Positions 1-9,707 of a DNA stretch of 16,716 nt are shown one piece after another. A program made the position numbers and the translations under genes. This DNA is from Prasinococcaceae sp. CCMP 1430 (Eukaryota; Plantae; Prasinodermophyta): the NCBI GenBank assembly GCA_013416795.1, contig RQSC01001079.1:4366-21081 (forward strand). The letters run 5' to 3'. Under the pieces are notes generated by a model. The model made no database searches and was not told the DNA's origin. It saw only the letters and a list, made by a program, of their open reading frames with translations. Numbering within the stretch: position 1 is the stretch's first letter; every line of letters starts with the position of its first letter.

Positions 1-1506
1 AGGCCGCGCGCGGGGCGCCCGGGCCGGACGCGGCTGCGGCGCGCTGCTGCGAGGTGCAGGCGGGACGCGCAGGACAAGTGGCGCAACGCCGGCAACGGGA
101 ACGGCCTGCCTGGGGCGGGCGCGGCGGAGGACACGCCGCAGCTCCCGCCGCCCAGCTTCGGAGACAGCAGTAGGCCGCGCTACAACACGGGCTTCCGCTT
201 CGATCGAGCTCGCTGGGAGGACCACCGCGACGAGACCCGCTACTGGCGGTGGGCGGGCACGCTGCTCGGCTCGCGGCTCATCAAGCGCACGCTGCCGCCC
301 GCCATCTTCCTCGCGGCCTTGGCGGCGGGCATCCAGGTGTGGAACGTGCTGTCGCCCGAGGTGTATGCCATCAAGGGCCTGCCGCTGCGCTCCTTCGCTC
401 TGAGCACGACCTTCGTGGGTCTGCTGCTCGTCTTCCGCACGAATGGTTCGTACCAGCGCTTCAAGGAGGGCCTGACCTCCTTCGTCGAGTGTCTGTACGC
501 CAACCGCAACCTCGTGCGCCAGGCGCTAGCGTGGCTCACGCCTGAGGAGGCGCTGCTCCGCGAGCGCTTTCTGGAGTACTCGGCGGCTTGGAGCTTCACG
601 CTCACGTACCACTTGCTCTACGACAGGGAGGAGCCCGGGGACATCCAAGTGTTGCGGGATGGCTTGGCGAGCGTCGGCTGCAAGCCCGTGACGATCGACC
701 GCATCACCGCCGCGCACAACCGCCCGACGTATGTGGCCCAAACGCTGAGCTTGCTCGTCGCGCGCTCGTCTGTCTCCGAACAGAAGAAGACCGAGATGGA
801 CAGGGTCCTCACCAAGCTGCTGGACGCGATGGGCAAGTGCGAGAGGCTGCGGCAGCACCCGATCCCCATATCGTACACGCGCCTCACCAGCTACACGCTG
901 CTCTTCTGGAGCCTGGGGCTCGCCTTCGCCATCACGCCGCCTCTCGGGATCGCTGGGGTGCCTGTTATACTCTTCCTCTCGTTGGCGCTGCTGGGGATCG
1001 AGGACGTGGGCGTGCAGATCGAGGAGCCCTTCAATTACCTCCCGCTCTGGGAAATGTGCTTCGCCAACTCAATGGAGCTCTGGGAGATGAAGCGCCAGGC
1101 GCTCGACATCGCGCGGAACCAAGCGGCATGGGACTCGGACCTGGCTGATTCCATGACGCTTTGGCAAACGCAGGGAACTGAAGGCGCGCGGATGAGCAAT
1201 GGGTGGAGCCCGGACTTTTCTGCCGCCGCGGACGCCCAGGCGGCTGCCCACGAGGGCCACGGCGACGACATCATGCCGCGCGCACCGCCGCTCTATCTCT
1301 CAGAGGCCGTGCGCCGCGAGTACGGCGCTGCAGTCGGAGGCGACGAGGCACTTCCATACGGAGATGAGCAGACACGGCAGACACAGCTCGGGGAGGACGG
1401 TCAAGCAGTGCGGGGCGGCGGCGTTCTCAGCGGCGGTGCCGATGGCATGGATGAGGCGATTGAGGGGGGGGTAGGTGACAAGTATTTGTTACACTGCGGG
1501 GCGTAG
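1..1506 (+). CDS. Bestrophin-like (UPF0187/VCCN/BST family) anion channel, 5' partial, likely thylakoid-type
   Basis: Frame 1 is open from base 1 to TAG 1504-1506; the track start at 319 is an internal TTG. Upstream of 319 it reads FDRARWEDHRDETRYWRWAGTLLGSRLIKRTLPP, matching the W..HR...R...LL.S..I...PP start of VCCN-type proteins. Family motifs: LLLVFRTNGSYQRFKEG, PIPISYTRLTS, GIEDVGVQIEEPF. The Arg/Ala-rich start resembles a transit peptide. Confidence 0.9.
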   Translation, partial: RPRAGRPGRTRLRRAAARCRRDAQDKWRNAGNGNGLPGAGAAEDTPQLPPPSFGDSSRPRYNTGFRFDRARWEDHRDETRYWRWAGTLLGSRLIKRTLPPAIFLAALAAGIQVWNVLSPEVYAIKGLPLRSFALSTTFVGLLLVFRTNGSYQRFKEGLTSFVECLYANRNLVRQALAWLTPEEALLRERFLEYSAAWSFTLTYHLLYDREEPGDIQVLRDGLASVGCKPVTIDRITAAHNRPTYVAQTLSLLVARSSVSEQKKTEMDRVLTKLLDAMGKCERLRQHPIPISYTRLTSYTLLFWSLGLAFAITPPLGIAGVPVILFLSLALLGIEDVGVQIEEPFNYLPLWEMCFANSMELWEMKRQALDIARNQAAWDSDLADSMTLWQTQGTEGARMSNGWSPDFSAAADAQAAAHEGHGDDIMPRAPPLYLSEAVRREYGAAVGGDEALPYGDEQTRQTQLGEDGQAVRGGGVLSGGADGMDEAIEGGVGDKYLLHCGA

Positions 1507-1682
1507 CCCTCTTTGCTTTCTGTCCGACACCATGCCTCGTGTCATCGCACATCTATTATCGGCGTCATAGCAAACCTTCCGCCGTCCCCGCGCCGCGACA
1601 CCGCGCGTCTGTCGCGACACCGCGGCGAGGGGTCTCAAAGCCGTCGAATATGGTGTGGCGCCAATTGACGCGCCTTGACGCG

Positions 1683-2890
1683 TTACTCCTGCCGCCTGAA
1701 CCAGCCGCCCAGCCGCGCTAGCGGGCCCAGGACAGTACGGAGAATGCTATCCCTCTGCTGCGGGCCGCCATCTGCGGCTCGCGCACCGGTGAGCTCCTGC
1801 GCAGGCGCCTGGGCGTCTGCGTCAGAGGGGGGGTCTCTGGCGCCCGCGCCCACTTCCTCACCGGCCTCCACACCACCGGACGTCCCGGGGCCATCCACCT
1901 CCATTGTGTCCGTGCCGTGGCCATTCCCGTGCCGCGTTCCGTAGCCTTGCATGCCGTCGTCGATGGCCGCATTCGACGGCGCGGGCGCGTCCTCCGTGGC
2001 GGCGGGGGCCAGGCCCAGCCAAGGAGCGTCGCCACCGGCGCCAGCGGCTGGATCGGCGAGCGGCGGGGGCCACGGCACAGGACCTGCGCCGCCCTCCAGT
2101 TCCGGCAAGTTTGCCCCGACGTCGTCGAGCAGGCCGGCCTCGCGCAGCATTTCGACCTCCAGCTCAGCATCATCCCCGAAAATCAGCGCTGCGTTGAGGG
2201 CGGCATCTGCCTCAGCCGCCTGCATACCCGCGGCTGCCGCGTCAGCCTGGTCAGCGACGTGTACCGGGGCTGCGTTCATGGTTCGTGCCATGCCGCTCCT
2301 CCCTGCCCCCCGTCGCCCAGCGCGTCCCTTGTGGCGCGAGCCGCGCTGCTTTCCGTGTGCCCGGCCGCTCGCACAGGCGCCTATGGCCGTGTCCGTCGGC
2401 AACGCCTGCGGGCGGACCCGCACGGAGGGCGGGCTCCCCGCCGTGTCGCCAAGGAACACGGACATCGCGACGCTCCGCCACTGTCGGCACACGCGCCCCG
2501 CCGCGATCATGTTCGCATTCGCATCGAAGGGCCCTGCCTCCTCCCTCAGCGTCTCAAACACCTTTTGCAACACCGTGTCTGGCAGCGACGTCCATGGCAC
2601 TCCCGATGCGGGTCCAGCGTCCCCCGTGCCGGGCGCTTGCGTTCCCGTCACCGCACTGAGTCCTGACACCTCGCGCTGAGGGCGCTCGTTGCCATCATCC
2701 AGGCCCAGCGGCTCGGGGAGCGCGCGCGCACCCACCGCATCGACGCTGTCTGCTCGTCGCTCCTCGACGCCGGCGGCGCCCCAGCTCGCCCTCGCAGGCG
2801 GTCCCCGGCGCTTCTTTGTTGATGCGGTAGTCGCGCCGTCGCCGCGCACGCGCTTGCCGCCCGCGGTGCGCGCACCGCCGGCCGCGGCAC
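1683..2890 (-). CDS. F-box-like domain protein with low-complexity acidic C-terminal half; start lies in or beyond the N gap
   Basis: Open minus frame from the gap edge to TAA at 1683-1685. About 2600-2455 encodes VPWTSLPDTVLQKVFETL...NMIAAGRVCRQWRSVAMSVF, an F-box pattern (W..LP..L..vF; A.VCr.WR). No partner domain recognised; internal introns not excluded. Confidence 0.6.
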
Positions 2891-3611
2891 NNNNNNNNNN
2901 NNNNNNNNNNNNNNNNNNNNNNNNNNNNNNNNNNNNNNNNNNNNNNNNNNNNNNNNNNNNNNNNNNNNNNNNNNNNNNNNNNNNNNNNNNNNNNNNNNNN
3001 NNNNNNNNNNNNNNNNNNNNNNNNNNNNNNNNNNNNNNNNNNNNNNNNNNNNNNNNNNNNNNNNNNNNNNNNNNNNNNNNNNNNNNNNNNNNNNNNNNNN
3101 NNNNNNNNNNNNNNNNNNNNNNNNNNNNNNNNNNNNNNNNNNNNNNNNNNNNNNNNNNNNNNNNNNNNNNNNNNNNNNNNNNNNNNNNNNNNNNNNNNNN
3201 NNNNNNNNNNNNNNNNNNNNNNNNNNNNNNNNNNNNNNNNNNNNNNNNNNNNNNNNNNNNNNNNNNNNNNNNNNNNNNNNNNNNNNNNNNNNNNNNNNNN
3301 NNNNNNNNNNNNNNNNNNNNNNNNNNNNNNNNNNNNNNNNNNNNNNNNNNNNNNNNNNNNNNNNNNNNNNNNNNNNNNNNNNNNNNNNNNNNNNNNNNNN
3401 NNNNNNNNNNNNNNNNNNNNNNNNNNNNNNNNNNNNNNNNNNNNNNNNNNNNNNNNNNNNNNNNNNNNNNNNNNNNNNNNNNNNNNNNNNNNNNNNNNNN
3501 NNNNNNNNNNNNNNNNNNNNNNNNNNNNNNNNNNNNNNNNNNNNNNNNNNNNNNNNNNNNNNNNNNNNNNNNNNNNNNNNNNNNNNNNNNNNNNNNNNNN
3601 NNNNNNNNNNN
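2891..3611. other. Assembly gap (721 N)
   Basis: Run of N seen directly. Confidence 0.99.
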
Positions 3612-3703
3612 GCGGGGCGCCGAGCGCGTGGTCGACGGGCGTGCTCCGGCAGCCAGCGGCGGCAGCGGCTGCGGCAGCGGCGGCAGACACCGCCGCGCGC
3701 GCG

Positions 3704-5312
3704 ATGATGCCGACTCTCTCCGAGGTCGATGCCGCGCTTGACGCGTTGCGCGCACGCATCAGCGCTCGAGGTAAGCGCGGGTCCGCACACACGCCGGCGC
3801 ACGCACCCACACGGACACGGGCATGCGCACGTGCACACACGCACACGCGCGAGCATCCGCGCGCTCACACGCGCATGCGCGCACACAGGAGCCGGAACCG
3901 GTGCGGAGGCCGCCGCCGCACGGGACGCCGCTGGGAGGGAGCTCTTCGCCGCTGCAGTCGCCGCGAGGAGGGAGGCAGACGCCGCGGCCGCGTCGGAGGG
4001 CACGTGCGCCGAGCGCGAGGGTGCCGCGCGCAGGCTCGCGTCCGACGTCAGTGCCACCAATGCCTCCGCGGTCCCCACGGTGCACCCCCGCACACAAAGA
4101 TCCACACGCGCGCGCGCACACACGCGCGCTGGCCTCATGTTCACGCCGAAGAGAATCGTCGAGGCCGCTGCGCAGGCGGCGGCCGATGCCGCGCTGGGCG
4201 CGCTGACGGCCGGTGGCAGGAGCGCTCTTGCCAGCACTGGGCCGAGTGTGAGCGACTACACACCAAATGCGCCTGCCGGCTCGGGCGATGGTGTGATGCA
4301 GACGCCACTGGCCGCTCTCGCGGGGGTGCTCGAATCCGCGCGGCGTAGGGGTGCGGCGGAGTTCAGCGCTGCTCTCGTGGCGGCGGCCGAAGCCGTCTCT
4401 AACCCCCGCGATGGTAGCAGGCCCGCTCCCAGCCCAAGCTGCGAATCTGCCACTCCAGCTGGTGCGACAATTGACGAAGGGGTCGGCGGTGCCAGCAGCG
4501 ACGAGGAGCTACGCGAGTGCTCGTTCACCCCGGTGATTAACAAGCGTTCCCGGCTGCTGGCGAGCGGCCGCACGCCACCGGTGCCAGACGTCCCCGACGT
4601 CGTTCGTGAGGGCATTAAAGCGGCAGCAGAGCGGATGCATCGAGCTCGGGAGGTGCGCAGACCGCTCGAGGAGGCCATGAAGGACCGATCTGCGCCGCTC
4701 AGTCGTTTAAAGCCGCGCCGGCCGACGCGGGAGCGCGTGGAGCTTCATGAGTATCAAGGGTGCGAGCACAAGCACGAGGACTTCGCCAGGCTCGAAGACG
4801 AGGCATTTCGCTCGAACAAGGACCTCGCCGGGCTTGGTGTGAAGAACCGCACGTGCCCCCCTCATCCGCGGTCGCGGACGCGCGAGCACCATGAGTCTTC
4901 TGTCGCGCCACCGGCCGCAGCTGCGCCATCAGCGCAGAGCAGCGAATACCTCACGGCTTCGGTAGCATGGGTAGCCAAAGTTGGCGGCAGGTTCTCTACA
5001 CAGGAGGAGCCGCTGACGCTACACTACGGCGACGACGTGCTCGCCGCGGCGGCGGCGTTCTCGCAGGAGCACTTGCTGCCCTCCGGCGTGGCAGCGCAGC
5101 TGCGAAAGGTGCTGCCGCGCCGCGCGCAGGCGGCACTGGCTGACCGCCAGCTCGAGACGCGTGCGCTCGGCGACATGCGCGTCGTCGGCCACGCGGCCAC
5201 CCCCCCCGCGAGCATACGCATCACGTTGCGCGCGGAGCCCCCGACGCCCAGGAAGGCGCGCGCGGGCGCAGAGGCCTCCGAGAGACTTAAGCGACCCGCC
5301 TGGGCGAGGTGA
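3704..5312 (+). CDS. Hypothetical protein, join(3704..3770,3889..5312), about 496 aa
   Basis: ATG ATG at 3704/3707 gives MMPTLSEVDAALDALRARISAR; the GTAAGC...CACAG intron restores the frame of the long ORF ending TGA 5310-5312; TGTAA follows at 5328. Contains ELRECSFTPVINKRSRLLA (an EC[ST]FxPxIN-type motif of uncharacterised proteins). A second in-frame intron at 4080-4151 is possible. Confidence 0.7.
3771..3888 (+). other. Spliceosomal intron (118 nt)
   Basis: GTAAGC donor, GCTCAC branch-like site 3863-3868, CACAG acceptor; removal joins two reading frames. Confidence 0.8.
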
Positions 5313-5327
5313 TGGCCGCGTCGGCTC

Positions 5328-5332
5328 TGTAA
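5328..5332 (+). promoter_or_regulatory. Putative UGUAA polyadenylation signal
   Basis: TGTAA 15 nt past the stop at 5312; UGUAA is the established chlorophyte near-upstream element. Confidence 0.55.
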
Positions 5333-5447
5333 AAGGCTTGTGCATTCACACGATGGGCGTCGGCTGCTGGCGTGCAAGCAGCGAGTGCGCATAGATGAGG
5401 AGCACATCCTTGGACAGCCCTTGACCGCCCGCTTGCTTACCGCTCGT

Positions 5448-5957
5448 TCACAGACCTACGAGGGCTACGCCGTAGCCAGAACCGTCATCCTCCTCGCTGG
5501 CCCGCGTCTTGAAGAAAATGAGCCCTGACCCCAGCATTAGCACCGTTTGGAGGATCACCGCCACCCCGTCCGTCGAGCGTCGGTCGGGCGGCAGTACGGA
5601 CGCCATCACGAAAACTGCGGCGAGCGCCGAAGCCGCTGACAAGAGGTAGCACAGGAGGAGAAACACCTTCACGCGCTGGGCGCGCTGCTGGTCCCAGCTC
5701 CCCGAGCTTTCCGAGATCTCGTCGCGGTGCACCATATTTAGCAACAGCGCCGATACTGTGGCCCCGACGCCGGGGAGTACCTGCCCCGCCCCGAAGTCAC
5801 CCCCCTCTCGAGTAGATACCATGTCCGCGAAGACCGCCCAAGCTGCCCCGCAGCACGCGCCGGCCACCACTGGCCCGTACTTGCGCTTCGCCTCCTCGAT
5901 GTCGATCGACAGCAGCCAGTCTCGGACGGGGATGCACAGGGGAAGCGCTGGCGCCAT
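5448..5957 (-). CDS. VPS68: UPF0220 / Vps68 / TMEM50 family four-TM membrane protein (169 aa)
   Basis: ATG 5957 in ACCATGG context, TGA 5448-5450. GPVVAGACCGAAWAVFAD, LPGVGATVSALLLNMV, RVKVFLLLCYLLSAASALAAV and GVAVILQTVLMLGSGLIF follow the plant/fungal UPF0220 pattern. Confidence 0.85.
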   Translation of the reverse strand: MAPALPLCIPVRDWLLSIDIEEAKRKYGPVVAGACCGAAWAVFADMVSTREGGDFGAGQVLPGVGATVSALLLNMVHRDEISESSGSWDQQRAQRVKVFLLLCYLLSAASALAAVFVMASVLPPDRRSTDGVAVILQTVLMLGSGLIFFKTRASEEDDGSGYGVALVGL

Positions 5958-6366
5958 GGTTGACGGCGGTCGCACGATGCGTCCCTGCGCCAGGAGGCGT
6001 CGCGGCGCCGCGGCTGTTGCCTGCTGTTTGGCGCGCTGTTTCTTTTGGCGCGGAACCGCGGCCGCGCGGGGCGGCGCCTGAGTGCGCCGCCCTCCGCGCC
6101 GACCCGCGCGGGCTCCCGCTCGCGTCCGCCCCCTTGCGCTCCCTCGTGGACCCACTCTGCGGGCTGCACAGCGGGAGCCCGCTCGCGCTGCGCTACCACG
6201 GCACGCCGGCGCGCGCGCGCGCTCTGTGGCGCCAAAACGAGTGGACGTTGCACGTGAGCACTCCCGTGATGGGGCGATATACGTGATGGTGTCAAAAATG
6301 GTATCGTACATTTGGATTGATGGGGTGGTGGCCGCTGTGAGTATGCCCCTCAAGGGGCGCGCGCCC

Positions 6367-8395
6367 TCAGCGCACGCCGCCACCGCTCGCCGAGCGGTGC
6401 TGAAGCTTGGCGAGGCCATCGATGAGCTCCGCGGCGCCCCACCCCTCGAGCGCGCTCACCGGAAACACGGGGATTCCGCGCGCGCGCATGCGCCGGCGGA
6501 GCTCCTTGAGGCGCTCCACCGAGCCGGGCTGATCCATCTTGTTGGCCACCACCGCGCGCGCGAGGCCCGCAAGGCCGGGCTGCGGCGGGTCGGCCGGGGG
6601 CGCGCCGCGTGTGTGTATGGCGATGGTGGGGCATTGCGCAAAAGCGAGTGACGAGGGCGTCAGCAAGATCGTCGTGGCGCTGCACGATAACTCGCGCTCG
6701 CTGAGGCGAGCGTTCCCCACATACCTTGTACTGCTCCAGCTCGTCGTCCAGCAGCTCGACAGCCCGCCACGGCGAGACGGGTTCGCCGACAGGCTTGAAC
6801 AACGGCCCACTCATGATGCCCTCCATGCCCGCGTGCTCGCCACTCGGACTGATTCGGCACGCGCATGGTCATGGACGCGCACGCGCTTTGTCAGCGAGAC
6901 GTGCGAACGCGCGTTCCGTGAGACCCAGCCGGGCACGCGCCTCGCGCGTGCCACGCGAGGGCAGCCAGCACGCACCTGTCCCACTCATCCCCATCGAGCT
7001 CGATGAGGGGCGCGCTTTCCCAGTCTGTGTCGTCATCAGAATTGGAATCGGGATCAGACTCCCACTCGAATTCCTCGCCCGTTGTGCCCAGCTCAACCTC
7101 CCCGGCCGCTCCACACACGCCGGGCTCGGCCGCGCCCTCGGAACCGCCGTCGACACCCCCAGCTTGGATGTCAGCTGACGCGGTCATTTCAAACGTGGTG
7201 CCCGCAGTGCCCTCGCCGACATTTACATCGCCCCCCGCGGATTCGACGCCACCGTTGTTCCCGTTGTCGGGGGCAGCGACGTCCCCCGCACCTCTGAGCC
7301 CCGCCTCCGCATCATCAGTGCTCATGTCCACCACGTATACAAGCATGGGCGCACGCTCGACGTGGCGCAAAAACGCGTGGCCGAGACCGCGCCCCTCCGC
7401 GGCACCCTCAACGAGCCCTGGGATGTCTGCCACGCTCAGCTCAGAGCCGTCGTCGAAACGCAGCGAACCCAGCGCGGGCCACATCGTCGTGAACTGGCGG
7501 CGTTGCGTGTCGGCGGAGAGCGTGCAGCCAGGACACTCGACGTGTCAGCGACGGCGTCGCAGAGCGCGAGCCCGAGCCGCGAGGCACACATCGCACGTAC
7601 CGGATACGGCGCCGCCTCTGGCGTGGCGTGACCAGCCGTGAGCGCTCGCAACAGGCTGCTCTTGCCCGCGTTGGGGAAGCCCACGAGCCCAACGTCAGCC
7701 ACCGTTTTGAGCTCGAGCAGCAGCTCCGCCACCTCGCCAGCCTCGCCGAGCTCCGCGTCGGTCGGCGAGCGGTTGCCATGCGTGAAGTACGACGGATTCC
7801 CGCGCCCCCCAGCACCGCCGCGGGCGGCAACAAAATCCTGGCCGCTCTTGGAAAGGTCGGCGAGCACGCCGGCAATCTCGCCTGCGGCTGCGTCCCATTC
7901 ATACACCAGAGTGCCGGGCGGCACGCGCGCGACAATCGAGTCGCCCCCCGACCCTGTGAGCATGCGGCTGCCGCCGTTGCCCCCCTTGCCGGCCGTCAAC
8001 GCCTGCCGCAGGCTCGACAGATCGGTGACGTTGCCCGAGGCGACCAGCACCACGTCCCCGCCCTTGCCACCGCGCCCACCGTCGGGCGGGCCGCGGAATC
8101 CCTTAGCCTTGGTGCGGACGAAGGACACGCATCCCTGGCCGCCGTCGCCAGCGCGAGCCGTCACGCGGATGCGGTCCACGAACGAGCGCCGCGCCGCAAA
8201 CGTTGGCATCTTGCTGCCGCCCGAAGCCGCCGCCGCCGATGACGTTGAAGCTCTCGCCGCCAGGCCGCGGCGCGGCCACGCGAGGAGGCACTGCTGCAGC
8301 CGCCCGCCGAGGTGCTCCAGAGCGGCGAGCGTGGGGGCCGCGCGCGTCCGCGCAGCGGTCGCGACGACCGCCGCAGCGCGGGCGCTCTGCATCAT
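6367..8395 (-). CDS. OBG: Obg/CgtA family GTPase, organelle-targeted (probably mitochondrial), join(8395..7601,7493..6976,6848..6725,6579..6367), 549 aa
   Basis: Obg fold FVDRIRVTARAGDGGQG...GGRGGKGGDV; G1 GFPNAGKSS; G2 YP/FTT split by intron 1; G3 ADIPGLVEGAAEGRGLGHAFLRHVER; ELEQYK/PGL and G4 ANKMD; G5 VSALEG. The three introns give consistent phases (0,2,0). Arg/Ala/Ser-rich N-terminal extension. Confidence 0.93.
6580..6724 (-). other. Obg intron 3 (145 nt, phase 0)
   Basis: GTATGT...CCGCAG; removal gives ELEQYK-PGLAG. Confidence 0.88.
6849..6975 (-). other. Obg intron 2 (127 nt, phase 2)
   Basis: GTGCGT...AATCAG with GCTGAC branch site; joins two frames. Confidence 0.8.
7494..7600 (-). 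other. Obg intron 1 (107 nt, phase 0)
   Basis: GTACGT...CGCCAG; removal gives APYP-FTTMWP. Confidence 0.9.
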
Positions 8396-8460
8396 CAGCG
8401 CGCACGCGGGGCACAGGTGCGACAGACCGGGGCTGCGCCCTGCTCGGCACGTCCCCGCTC

Positions 8461-8520
8461 ACCCCCCCACCCACCCGCCACACCCACCCGCCCCCACCCC
8501 TACCCCCCTACCCCCCACCG
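8461..8520 (-). repeat. C-rich low-complexity tract (G-quadruplex-competent on minus strand)
   Basis: More than eight runs of 3-7 C separated by 1-6 nt, between the divergent Obg and ELO genes. Confidence 0.8.
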
Positions 8521-8645
8521 CCCGCCGCGCCTCCGTGCGTGCGTTGTGTGGTAAGCAGCTTTCAGAACGCGTTCTGGTGACGCGCGCGCCCATCGCGGGC
8601 GCCACAGCCCGCGCGCGCCGCAGACGCGGCAAGCGGCAGCGACGC

Positions 8646-9523
8646 ACCTACGAGCCAGCGCTGCGCCACGCCACGCGCAGCAGCCAGTGGGCGCTGCCGG
8701 CGGGTGCGGTGGCGCTCTACCTGGCGGGCGTCGCCGCGGCCAAGCGCTACGCTGCGCGGCGCGCAGCAGCGGGGGCGCCGCCGCTTCCGCTACGGCGCGT
8801 CATGGCGTGCCACAGCTTCGCGCTGAGCGCCGTCAGCCTGGCGCTCTTCGTCATGATGGTCGGCAGCCTCGTATCCAGGTGGTCAGAGGACGGTCTGCAC
8901 GGTGAGCGCGCAGCGCGCCTACGCGCCGAGGCCGAGCTGCGACTGCGCGCCGCGGTCGAGCTGCAGCTGCGCGCCCGGTCGCTGACGCGCGGCGTGGGGA
9001 ATCGCTTGGCGCGGCGCGTGCAGGCCTTGTGTGCTCCAGCTCGATGGTGCGACCTGGCTTCCTGTGGGTTCTGTACAATACGAATTATGCGCTCAAGTAC
9101 TACGAGCTCCTCGACACCCTCATGCTCGCCCTCCGAAACAAACCCACCCCCGCCCTGCACGTCTATCACCACGCCGCCACGCTGCTGCTCTGCTACGTCT
9201 CGATCGCCGAGCGGCTCGCGGTGCAGTGGGTTCCAATCTCTATCAATCTGTTTGTGCACGTCGTCATGTACTCCTACTACGGCCTGCAAGCGATGGGCTG
9301 CCGCGTCTGGTGGAAGCAGTGCGTGACCGTCCTCCAAATCGCCCAGTTTGTCGTCGACCTCGTTGCGGTGTACTACGCGTCGGCGCTGCGGATCACGCGC
9401 GGCCCGGACGCGTGCGAGGGCACCTTGCTCGGCGCGTTCGTCGGCATGGGCATCCTCACATCCTACCTCGTGCTCTTCGTGGGCTTCTACCGACGCACGT
9501 ACGCCAAGCCCAAGGCCGCGTGA
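8646..9523 (+). CDS. ELO: ELO/GNS1-SUR4 family fatty-acid elongase (fungal Elo2/3- and plant ELO-like type), join(<8646..8901,9024..9523); true start unresolved
   Basis: LKYYELLDT, LHVYHH, WVPISINLFVHVVMYSYY, VWWKQCVTVLQIAQFVVDL; C-terminal KPKAA resembles a dilysine ER signal; TGA 9521-9523 then TGTAA. Start coordinate approximate: no ATG on + between 8242 and 8801. Confidence 0.88.
8902..9023 (+). other. ELO intron (122 nt, phase 1)
   Basis: GTGAGC donor, GCTGAC 8981-8986, GTGCAG acceptor; removal gives GLHG-LVCSS in frame with the HxxHH exon. Confidence 0.88.
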
Positions 9524-9536
9524 TCCACACTCACCC

Positions 9537-9541
9537 TGTAA
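9537..9541 (+). promoter_or_regulatory. Putative UGUAA polyadenylation signal of ELO
   Basis: TGTAA 13 nt past the stop. Confidence 0.55.
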
Positions 9542-9707
9542 TCTCCACCCGTGTACACCGCGTCCAGTCAATGCCGCCGCCGGAAGCGAGGCGGTGCGGC
9601 CGTGGCGCGCCGGGCCGTCGCCGCGAGGCTGTCTCAGACGGAGCTCGACGTCCAGGCGCTGAGCTTCGCCGCTCCCGCGCGCCGCGCGCGCGGCGCGCGC
9701 ACGCCGA

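Noticed and set aside
1594-1624. 12-bp direct repeat CGCGACACCGCG x2
   Set aside because: Short, GC-rich and only two copies; plausible by chance or slippage.
1683-4237. ORFs read through N gaps (1683..3755, 2648..4237, 2689..3741, 12745..14205, 13442..16135 as single units)
   Set aside because: Continuity across X runs is an artefact; the two sides belong to different, oppositely oriented genes.
7638-9326. 562-aa + strand ORF
   Set aside because: Antisense shadow of Obg exon 1 fused in frame to the ELO 5' exon and intron; starts at GTG; only about 8646-8901 is real coding.
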